Assembly (NCBI GenBank): GCA_963764625.1 | Contig: CAVXTH010000005.1 | Location: 160,001-224,000 of the forward strand | Direction: 5' to 3' | Origin: Candidatus Krumholzibacteriota bacterium | GTDB lineage: Bacteria; Krumholzibacteriota; Krumholzibacteriia; JAJRXK01 | DNA length: 64,000 nucleotides | Part shown: piece by piece, positions 56,628 to 64,000 of the stretch | How the letters are laid out: each line of letters opens with the position of its first letter | Numbering within the stretch: the stretch's first letter is position 1 | The notes under the pieces: model-generated | What the model saw: the letters and a program-made list of their open reading frames with translations, nothing else | The model's database searches: none | Told to the model about the DNA's origin: nothing | Translations under genes and position numbers: made by a program

Positions 56628-56639
56628 GAGGGCCCTGAT

Positions 56640-57377
56640 CTAGTCCCGGAGCCGATCGTACATGACCCGCAGTTTCTGCACGTCCTCCCAGGTAGGTCGC
56701 TTCCACTGGGGATTACGCAGCAACGCGGCCGGGTGGTAGGTGACCACGGTGGGAATTCCATAGTAGTCGTGGATGTGGGCCCGCAGGCTCTTGAGGGTGG
56801 CCGTGGTGCCCAGAAGTGTGTGGGCAGCGTGGCGTCCCAGACAGCAGATGAGTTTCGGGCGTAGAATGTCGAGCTGACGCTTCAGGTGTGGCTCGCAGGA
56901 TTGCACTTCGTCGTGCTGCGGATCGCGGTTCTGTGGGGGGCGACACTTCAGAACGTTGCAGATGTAGACCTCGTCGCGGCTCAGTTCGATGGCGCCCAGG
57001 ATCTTGGTGAGAAGCTGCCCGGCCGCGCCCACGAAGGGCTCTCCCTTCAAATCCTCGTCGCGTCCCGGCGCTTCGCCCACGAACACCAGATCGGCATCCG
57101 GGTTACCCGTCCCGAACACGGTCTGCGTGCGCGTGGAGTGAAGCTCGCACTTCACGCAGCCCGCGACTTCCTCGCACAGTGACTGCAGTTCCTCAGCCTG
57201 GGTCGAGGATACGCGCGGGGAAGCCGGCTTGGCGTTAGCTCGGACTTCCCTGTTCCGCCCCTGGATCTGGCCCACGCGCGACCAGTCGACATGAACCCGC
57301 TCGCTTCCCGTGGCCTGCTGCTGCAGGAGCCAGGTTCGCAAATCGTTCGCGATGTTCTCGAGCCGCGGATCGCTCAC
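56640..57377 (-). CDS. Uracil-DNA glycosylase, family 4 ([4Fe-4S])
   Basis: CVKCEL, FVGEAPG, PFVGAAG, NVLKCRPP.NRDP and YHPAALLR motifs. Confidence 0.93.
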   Translation of the reverse strand: MSDPRLENIANDLRTWLLQQQATGSERVHVDWSRVGQIQGRNREVRANAKPASPRVSSTQAEELQSLCEEVAGCVKCELHSTRTQTVFGTGNPDADLVFVGEAPGRDEDLKGEPFVGAAGQLLTKILGAIELSRDEVYICNVLKCRPPQNRDPQHDEVQSCEPHLKRQLDILRPKLICCLGRHAAHTLLGTTATLKSLRAHIHDYYGIPTVVTYHPAALLRNPQWKRPTWEDVQKLRVMYDRLRD

Positions 57378-58708
57378 GCCTGCTCCTTTTCACGTTTCTT
57401 CTCTTTGCGCGTGCGCGGGGGGCGAGACTTCGGCTCCACCGCCAACTCGATCGATTCGCTCGCGTGGGAAACCAGCTCCAGGACTCGCTTCCAGATGAGC
57501 CGCGCCAGTTCCTCTTTCTCCGCCGGTCCCAGCCAAAGACCACGCCCCTGCTTGTCCACCAGAAAGACGCGGTTGGTGGTGGACTGAAAGCCTTCCCCTT
57601 CACGGTCGGCGTGATTGGCGAGCACCAGGTCCAGGTTCTTGGCCTGTCCCTTGCGCACCGCTTCCTTCTCGAGTTCTGCGTCGCTCCCCGTCTCCAGCGC
57701 GAAGCCGGCCAGGAATTGATCCGGTCCCTTTCTTTTCCCGAGCTCGCTCAGGATGTCCTGGGTGACGGTCAGGGTGAGCGTGGGGGGTCCTTCGCTCTTC
57801 TTCCGCTTGGTGGAACAGGGATTCAGTGGCCGATAGTCCGCCACCGCCGCCGCCATGAAGACGAAGTCATGGCGCGGCGCTTCGGCCAGGGTCATTTCCG
57901 CCAACTCGGCCGCGCTCTCGAAGCGCTGCACCTGGATTCCGCCAGGAGGGCTGAGCTCGGTGGGGCCGAGACAGAGGGTCACGCGCGCTCCCAGATCGCG
58001 GGCGGCCTCGGCCAGGGCCATTCCCATGCGGCCGCTGCTGCGATTCCCCAGATACCGCACCGCATCGATCGCCTCCCGGCTTCCTCCCGCGGTGACCAGG
58101 ACTCTGCGCCCGGCCAGGGGACCCTCTTCAAGGGTCTCCAACACGCGGGCCACGATCGCCTCGGGCTGCGCCAGGCGGCCCAGGGAGACAGTGCCGCAGG
58201 CTAGCCAGCCGCTGTCGGGTTCGATGATCTCGACCCCGCGGGCGCGGAGAGTCTTCAAGTTCTCTTGATTGGCCGCGTTTTCCCACATCTTGTCGTTCAT
58301 GGCCGGAGCCACCACGAGCGGCCCATTCGCGGCGCTGACCAGGGTCGAGGCCAGATCGTCGGCCAGCCCGTGCGCCATCTTGGCCAGGAAATTCGCGGTG
58401 GCGGGAACCACCAGAATGAGATCGCAACTCTGCGCCCAGTGGATGTGATCGAGGGGCTGCGCGCCCCCATCACCCCACAGGCTGGTGCCCACCGGCTGCC
58501 CCGAGAGAGCTTGGAAGGTGAGCGGTGTCACCATGCGCGTGGCGGACTCGGTCATGGCGACTCGAACGCGGCATCCGGCTTCCTGCAGAGAGCGAAGCAC
58601 GACGCAGCTCTTGTAGGCCGCGATGCCTCCCGTGATGATCATCAATACATTTCGACCCCGTCCCTTGGGGGGCGGGGTCGAGGACGAAGTGGGCACCGAG
58701 TTGGACAT
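57374..58708 (-). CDS. coaBC: Bifunctional phosphopantothenoylcysteine decarboxylase/synthase
   Basis: TGGIAAYK, PATAN, APAMN, VTAGG.RE.ID.VRY..NRSSGRMG and GFALET motifs. Confidence 0.96.
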   Translation of the reverse strand: MSNSVPTSSSTPPPKGRGRNVLMIITGGIAAYKSCVVLRSLQEAGCRVRVAMTESATRMVTPLTFQALSGQPVGTSLWGDGGAQPLDHIHWAQSCDLILVVPATANFLAKMAHGLADDLASTLVSAANGPLVVAPAMNDKMWENAANQENLKTLRARGVEIIEPDSGWLACGTVSLGRLAQPEAIVARVLETLEEGPLAGRRVLVTAGGSREAIDAVRYLGNRSSGRMGMALAEAARDLGARVTLCLGPTELSPPGGIQVQRFESAAELAEMTLAEAPRHDFVFMAAAVADYRPLNPCSTKRKKSEGPPTLTLTVTQDILSELGKRKGPDQFLAGFALETGSDAELEKEAVRKGQAKNLDLVLANHADREGEGFQSTTNRVFLVDKQGRGLWLGPAEKEELARLIWKRVLELVSHASESIELAVEPKSRPPRTRKEKKREKEQA

Positions 58709-58721
58709 CACGGCTCTCCTG

Positions 58722-59186
58722 TCAGTCCTTGGTCTCCTCGGATGCGGCCTCCTGGGGCTCGCCGGCGTTCGAATCGGAGGCATCCGCGCTCATCTGGGCC
58801 GCCGCGGCCTTCGCGGCCGGCTCGCCTTCCTCCTCGGAGGGACCCGGCGCCGCGTCCGCGCCCTCCTGGGCCTCGCCGGATAATTCCTCGGACTCCTCGA
58901 GTTCGGCCAGGGCCTGCGGCGAGGGAGCCGTCATGTCGAGCATTTCCTCGGCGGCGGCGAGCATGGCCTCGCTGCGCTCCTGTTCGCGACGCTCACGCGC
59001 GTCAAAGTACGTGATCTTGCCGTCGATGAGCCTCTCGACGGCGAGAGAGGCGATTTTCCGTTCCTCGCTGATCTCCAGAGCTTGAAACTTGTCGTTGAGG
59101 CGCCGGCACTCCAGGGCCGCGACTTTGATCGCCTCGAACTTGTTGGGAATGTGCTCCAGAATACGATGGACGGGAATATAGGTCAT
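58722..59186 (-). CDS. rpoZ: RNA polymerase omega subunit with long acidic C-terminal tail
   Basis: MTYIPVHRILEHIPNKFEAIKVAALECRRL...AVERLIDGKI; canonical gmk-rpoZ-coaBC order; GGAGG RBS. Confidence 0.8.
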   Translation of the reverse strand: MTYIPVHRILEHIPNKFEAIKVAALECRRLNDKFQALEISEERKIASLAVERLIDGKITYFDARERREQERSEAMLAAAEEMLDMTAPSPQALAELEESEELSGEAQEGADAAPGPSEEEGEPAAKAAAAQMSADASDSNAGEPQEAASEETKD

Positions 59187-59253
59187 GGTTCCTCCAACCG
59201 GGTGATCCGGGACGGATCCAGTGCGTGAATCTCCCCCTTCAGGCAGGAGGAAG

Positions 59254-59282
59254 AGTATAGGCACGGGCCCAGCTTCGAGCAA
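59254..59282 (-). promoter_or_regulatory. Promoter candidate for rpoZ-coaBC
   Basis: TTGCTC-17 nt-TATACT on the minus strand. Confidence 0.55.
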
Positions 59283-59292
59283 GTCGGGCGCC

Positions 59293-59916
59293 TCAGGCCG
59301 CGTCGGAGGGGCCCGAAAGCGGGGGACACGGCCAGCGGAGACGCCGCCGCCGCTCGGCTCGCAGGATGGCGCGTAGATCCTCGATGGCGCTCTCGAGTTC
59401 GTCGTTCACCAGCCAGTACTCGTAATGACGGGCGTAATCCACTTCCCAATGCGCGTTTTCCAGACGCACTTTCAGAGCCTCGGCGTCCTCGGTGCCCCGG
59501 CGGCGAAGCCGCGCCTCCAGCTCCTGAAAACTGGGCGGAAACAGAAACACCGAAACCACGCGCTTTGGGAAGGCGGAGAGAATCCGCTCTCCACCCTGCA
59601 CGTCCACGTCGAGCACGGGAGTGAGACCCTCGGCCAGCATATGGTCGAGATCGGCCCGGCGAGTCCCGTAGAGCTCGTCGTGCACCGTGAAACTCTCCAC
59701 GAACGCGTTCTCCGCGCGAAGCTTCTCGAATGCGTCGCGGGAGAGGAAATGATAGTGCTGCCCGTCGACCTCCCCCGGCCTCTTGGGCCGGGTGGTACAC
59801 GAGACCGAGAATCGCAGACTGGGATCGGTCTCCATGATCGGAGTGTAGACGCTGCTCTTCCCCACCCCGGAAGGCCCCGAGATGAGCAGGAGAAACGGGG
59901 AGACCAAATCGTTCAT
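59293..59916 (-). CDS. gmk: Guanylate kinase
   Basis: SGPSGVGKS, SCTTRPKRPGEVDGQHYHF, DVDVQG and RLRRRGTE motifs. Confidence 0.96.
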   Translation of the reverse strand: MNDLVSPFLLLISGPSGVGKSSVYTPIMETDPSLRFSVSCTTRPKRPGEVDGQHYHFLSRDAFEKLRAENAFVESFTVHDELYGTRRADLDHMLAEGLTPVLDVDVQGGERILSAFPKRVVSVFLFPPSFQELEARLRRRGTEDAEALKVRLENAHWEVDYARHYEYWLVNDELESAIEDLRAILRAERRRRLRWPCPPLSGPSDAA

Positions 59917-59933
59917 TCCCACTCCCTCTCGCC

Positions 59934-60806
59934 CTACTCCAAGTTCTGGATCTGTTCGCGCATGTTCTCGATTTCTCCCTTCATGCGCACGACCCGGTCG
60001 GTGATGCTAAGGTCGGTGACCTTGCTTCCCATGGTATTGACCTCGCGGTGCATCTCCTGCAACAGAAACCCCAGACGCTTCGACTCCGCGCCTTCACCCG
60101 CGAGCGTCTCCTCGAATTGGTCGATGTGGCTGGCCAGGCGTTCCATTTCCTCGGTGATGGTCGACTTTTCCACCAGGAGCACGACCTCCTGGGCCAGACG
60201 CTGCGGGTCGACGGCTTCGCGCGCGCCGATCGCAGCCAGGCGTTCCTGCAGACGGGTTTGTAGACGGGTGGGCAGATCCTCGGCCCTCTCCTGCACATTT
60301 TTCAGATGGAGTCGCAGTTGCTTCGAGCGCGCCTTGAGCTGCCGCGAGAGAGCGCGGCCCTCTTTGGCCCGCATGGCCTGCAGCTTGACCAGGGCGCCAT
60401 TCACCGCTTCCTCGACCAGCGTCTTCAGGTGTTTGGGGGGCACGCTCTTCTCGGTGAGGCTGAAGGTCTCGGGCAACGAGGCGATGTGGGAGATGTCGAT
60501 CTCCCCCTTGAGACCGTGATGACGGGCAAGCTTCCGCGCCGCTTTCAGGTACGCAGTCACGAACTCCTCGTTGACCACGACTTCGCTACGGCCCGAGCTG
60601 AGCTCCATCTCGAGGTTGAGTGTGATCCGCCCCCGTTGCAGAATGGTGCTCACACGATCGCGGATCCACGGCTCGAACGTGGCCAGGCTGGATGGCGCTC
60701 GCAGTGCGAGGTCCAAGAAGCGATGGTTCACCGAACGCATCTCGGCTCGAATGGTCACGCCTTGCGCGCGAGCTTCTGCTGCTCCCATTCCGGTCATACT
60801 GTGCAT
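59934..60806 (-). CDS. yicC: YicC/YloC family endoribonuclease
   Basis: SMTGMG, EMRSVNHRFLD, QEMHREVNTMGSK and EQIQNLE motifs; upstream of gmk. Confidence 0.93.
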   Translation of the reverse strand: MHSMTGMGAAEARAQGVTIRAEMRSVNHRFLDLALRAPSSLATFEPWIRDRVSTILQRGRITLNLEMELSSGRSEVVVNEEFVTAYLKAARKLARHHGLKGEIDISHIASLPETFSLTEKSVPPKHLKTLVEEAVNGALVKLQAMRAKEGRALSRQLKARSKQLRLHLKNVQERAEDLPTRLQTRLQERLAAIGAREAVDPQRLAQEVVLLVEKSTITEEMERLASHIDQFEETLAGEGAESKRLGFLLQEMHREVNTMGSKVTDLSITDRVVRMKGEIENMREQIQNLE

Positions 60807-60901
60807 CGTCCACCTCTCCGCTGGCGAATTCCCGGGACGCCATTGGCTCATCGCGGGCAGTGTAGGCCAATCTTCCCGCGCATCAAAGGAAAGGCCTTCT
60901 C

Positions 60902-62299
60902 ATGACCGCGCTTTCCTCTCCGTACCGTTGGCTCCCCTCTCTCAGCGCGGCTCTTGGCGAGGAACTCGTGCGCGCCCGGGTGGAGGGCGTGCTGAGCGGG
61001 CGCGGCTGGATCAGCCTTCGCGTGGAGGGCCGGTACCTCTGGATCGCGGCTCTGGGTGGACTTCGGGCGCTTTGGCTCGATTCGCTGCCCCTGCCCATGG
61101 AGTACGCGCTGGCCCTGGGGAGCCACCAACGCTCGCCCTTCGCTCCGCTCTTGAAGAACGGCGTGGTGGACACGGTGGCCTGCCTACGCGGCGAGAGTGG
61201 CAAGCTCGAGGGATTCCGCCTCGAATTCGACACGGGACGCCGGCTTTGCGCGGCGTTCTGGCCGCGTCCCGGCCATATCTGGGTGGAGGACGTGCGCGGC
61301 GGCATTCTCAGCGTGTCTCCCCCCCAGGTCCATCCCGAGTCTCTGGAGGTAGTGGCCGAAGAACCCGCTGCCGAAACCTTCGACCTGCAAGCGCATGCGC
61401 GCGCCTGCCGCGAGCTCTTACTCTCCCATCTACGTCACTCGATGCAGCGGCGGGTTCGCGACAGCGTCAAGGCGCGAAAGCGTAAAGCGGAACGCCTCGA
61501 AGCTTCGCTCGCAGAGGATGCCGAGTCCGCGAGCGCGGCCGCGACTTCACGCGAGCAGGCGGATCTTTTGGCCGCCAACCTCTCGAGGGTTCCCTCCGGG
61601 CAGAACGAGGTCGAGATCCTCGACTTTCAGGGCCAGCAGACGACCCTGCGGCTCGATCCCTCACTCACCCCCGCGGCCAATCTCGACAAGCTCTATCGCC
61701 GCGCCGCCAAGGCGGAACGCGCGGTTGCTCACCTGGCCACCCGCCGCGAGCAAGTGGCGGCCGAGCGGAAACGGGCCCACGAGCTGGAGAAGGAGCTGGA
61801 TGAGATCGAAGAGATCGAGGACCTCTTGCGTTTCGCGCGCGCGGCGGGAATCGACCTGCGACCCTCGACCCCAGGAGAGCATCGGGGGTTTCGAGCCAAG
61901 AAGGGAAAACGTCTCCCCTACAAGATTTTCGTCTTGCTTTCCGGACGCGAGGTCTGGATCGGCAAGAGCGCGGCCGACAACGACGAACTGAGTTTCTCCC
62001 GCGCGGCGCCCGCCGACCTTTGGCTGCACGCGGGAGGAGTCGAGGGAAGCCATGTGATTCTTCGCTGCTCAGAAGGCCAGGCCACCAAGAGCGAGATCGA
62101 AGCCGCCGCCCAGCTCGCGGCTCTCTTCAGCAAGGCCAAGGGGTCGACGACGGTTCCGGTGTGGATCACCGAAAGGCGCTACGTGCGCAAACCGAGAAAG
62201 TCTCCGGCCGGAGTAGCCGCGCCTCAACGGGCCCGCACCCTTTTCGTGTCACCTCGACAGCCCGAGGGACACTGGCTCTCGCCAGAATCGAGCCCGTAG
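60902..62299 (+). CDS. NFACT family protein (RqcH/FbpA-like)
   Basis: Coiled coil with ADLLAANL and LDPSLTPAAN..KLYRRAAK; NFACT-R domain IGKSAADNDELS...DLWLHA...GSHVIL...YVRKP. Confidence 0.85.
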   Translation: MTALSSPYRWLPSLSAALGEELVRARVEGVLSGRGWISLRVEGRYLWIAALGGLRALWLDSLPLPMEYALALGSHQRSPFAPLLKNGVVDTVACLRGESGKLEGFRLEFDTGRRLCAAFWPRPGHIWVEDVRGGILSVSPPQVHPESLEVVAEEPAAETFDLQAHARACRELLLSHLRHSMQRRVRDSVKARKRKAERLEASLAEDAESASAAATSREQADLLAANLSRVPSGQNEVEILDFQGQQTTLRLDPSLTPAANLDKLYRRAAKAERAVAHLATRREQVAAERKRAHELEKELDEIEEIEDLLRFARAAGIDLRPSTPGEHRGFRAKKGKRLPYKIFVLLSGREVWIGKSAADNDELSFSRAAPADLWLHAGGVEGSHVILRCSEGQATKSEIEAAAQLAALFSKAKGSTTVPVWITERRYVRKPRKSPAGVAAPQRARTLFVSPRQPEGHWLSPESSP

Positions 62300-62308
62300 G
62301 CTCTCCGC

Positions 62309-63979
62309 TCAGTTCGCGTAGCGCCGCTTGATTTCCAGCACGTGCTTCTCGCCCGTGAGGAACGCGGACACGATCTCCGGATCGAAGTGTTTACCGCCCG
62401 TGCTCACGATGTACTTTTTCGCCACCTGATGACTGTAGGGTTCCTTGTAGCAGCGCTTGGTGGTCAACGCGTCGTAGACGTCGGCGAGACAGACGATTCT
62501 GGCCGCGAGGGGAATCTCCTCCCCCGAAAGCGCAAAGGGGTACCCGCTGCCGTTCCACTTCTCGTGGTGATAGAGGGCGATGGTCTTGCTCATGCGCAAC
62601 AGCTCTAGATTGTCCATGCGCTTTTCGGCATCTCCCAGGGTTTCCCCGCCGATGAGAGTGTGCGTCTTCATGATCTCGAACTCCTCGGCGGTGAGACGGC
62701 CCTTCTTGCGCAAGATGCTGTCGGGAATCCCGACTTTGCCGATATCGTGCAGGGCTGCCGAGCGGTAGAGATCATCCATGTAGCGTGCGTCCAGAATCTC
62801 GTTGAAGCGCGGTTGTTCGCGAAGACACTCGGCGATCGCGCGGGTGTAGCCGCAAATCCGGTCGAGATGTCCTCCCGTATCGTCGTCTCGGCTCTCAGCC
62901 AGCCGAGCCAGGGCGAAGATCAGAACGTCGCGACTGGAGGCGAGTTGTCCGAAGAGGCGCAGGCGTTCCAGGGCAAGACTGAGTTGGTTCACCAGGGTGA
63001 CGCAGAGCTTCACGTCTTCTTCGGGAAATTCGCCCGGGTGGACCGATGCCGCGCTGAAAACTCCCACCGCTTTTCGCCCGACCATGATCGGAATTGCCAG
63101 CTCGCTGCGAACCAGCTCGCTTCCTTCCACGTAACGCGGGTCATTCCGTACATCGGGGACCGTGACGATGGCATTGCGCCGGAACGAGTGGGCCGTGATT
63201 CCCTTGCCGTCGCGCAAGGGGATGGCGAGCCGATGAAGCTGCTGGCCGTAGCCGGTGCTGTGATTCATCACGAGTTCGTGCGTCTCCGCGTCGTGCAAGA
63301 AGACAGCGCCGTACTCGTAGCCGAGGATGTCGGAAGTCGCATCGACGGCGCGCTCGAAGAGTTCGTGTTCGGTGACGAGCAGATCGAGGCTGGAATTGAA
63401 TTTGTGCAGAGCAGCCAGTTTCTGAACCAGGCCCTCGTGCGCCTTCTCCTGCTCTGCTTCCCTGGCCGGGATCGATTCGAAGATCACGAAGCAGCCCGCG
63501 AGAGAACCGTCGAAGTTGAGGACCGGCAATGCGGTCACCTCGAGTTCTCCTCCCCGATCGTTCGTCCGGCCAAAGCGCCTCCGCGAGGGTCGTTTGTGCT
63601 TCAGACATTCATGGACCCCTCGAAGCTCGGGCTGCTGTGGAATCTTCAGGCCCACCGTGAGATCGAGGCGGTGCCGGTCGACGCCGCGGAAGTGGAGAAT
63701 CTTCTCCGTGTCCGTCACCGCGAAAAAACGATCGTACGAAACGGCCCCCATCAAGGGGCACAGGTCGACTAAATGATCGCAGGGATTGCCGTTCGGATGA
63801 CGATTGAGATAGCGAGCGATGCAGTTGCTCAGGACGTTCTGGTAATCGCTGACCTCGAGGACGTCCGGAGACTGGAGCACATGCGCGAAACTGGTTTCTT
63901 CGGATGTATCGAGCCAAGCAGAGTCTTTGGTTGGAGCCACTCCGCGACGCTCGTATCGATCCCGCTCGAGTATTTTCAA
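62309..63979 (-). CDS. GAF + HD-GYP domain protein (putative c-di-GMP phosphodiesterase)
   Basis: GAF domain (DVRNDPRY, SELAIPI); LAESRDDDTGGH, LHDIGK, HHEKWNGSGYP and ADVYDAL motifs. The frame stays open to the window edge, so the start is uncertain. Confidence 0.9.
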   Translation of the reverse strand: MKILERDRYERRGVAPTKDSAWLDTSEETSFAHVLQSPDVLEVSDYQNVLSNCIARYLNRHPNGNPCDHLVDLCPLMGAVSYDRFFAVTDTEKILHFRGVDRHRLDLTVGLKIPQQPELRGVHECLKHKRPSRRRFGRTNDRGGELEVTALPVLNFDGSLAGCFVIFESIPAREAEQEKAHEGLVQKLAALHKFNSSLDLLVTEHELFERAVDATSDILGYEYGAVFLHDAETHELVMNHSTGYGQQLHRLAIPLRDGKGITAHSFRRNAIVTVPDVRNDPRYVEGSELVRSELAIPIMVGRKAVGVFSAASVHPGEFPEEDVKLCVTLVNQLSLALERLRLFGQLASSRDVLIFALARLAESRDDDTGGHLDRICGYTRAIAECLREQPRFNEILDARYMDDLYRSAALHDIGKVGIPDSILRKKGRLTAEEFEIMKTHTLIGGETLGDAEKRMDNLELLRMSKTIALYHHEKWNGSGYPFALSGEEIPLAARIVCLADVYDALTTKRCYKEPYSHQVAKKYIVSTGGKHFDPEIVSAFLTGEKHVLEIKRRYAN

Positions 63980-64000
63980 GTCGATTCTCTCTCGTAGAGG

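Overview
GC-rich bacterial chromosome window that is almost entirely core housekeeping DNA. From gene style it may be an FCB-related candidate phylum, but that is an inference and not established. Positions ~12.6-46.6 kb on the minus strand are one uninterrupted translation/transcription supercluster: tRNA-Thr/Tyr/Gly/Thr, tuf, rpmG, tRNA-Trp, secE, nusG, rplKAJL, rpoBC, rpsLG, fusA, a second tuf, then the S10, spc and alpha operons through rplQ. The left flank holds DUF190, fluC, an APC permease, a lipoprotein, an amidohydrolase, a GldA/F/G-like ABC module with a DUF4340 protein, fabH and a PLP aminotransferase. The right flank holds cysS, ddl, ispF/ispD, radA, mlaDFE, dnaB, Fe-SOD, UDG, coaBC, rpoZ, gmk, yicC, an RqcH/NFACT homologue and a GAF/HD-GYP protein. 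I found no mobile element, CRISPR array, rRNA or intein, and no convincing new multi-gene system. The most unusual signals are: an exactly 11-bp-periodic G-rich DnaA-box-like array upstream of dnaB; a perfect 22-bp inverted repeat after rplQ; a shared 25-bp dyad in the leaders of two translation operons; TTG/TTA-skewed codon usage in both tuf copies; a probable CTG start for cysS; and an RqcH that appears to lack its DR motif. Three single-base frameshifts at 4.5-8.1 kb are probably consensus errors.
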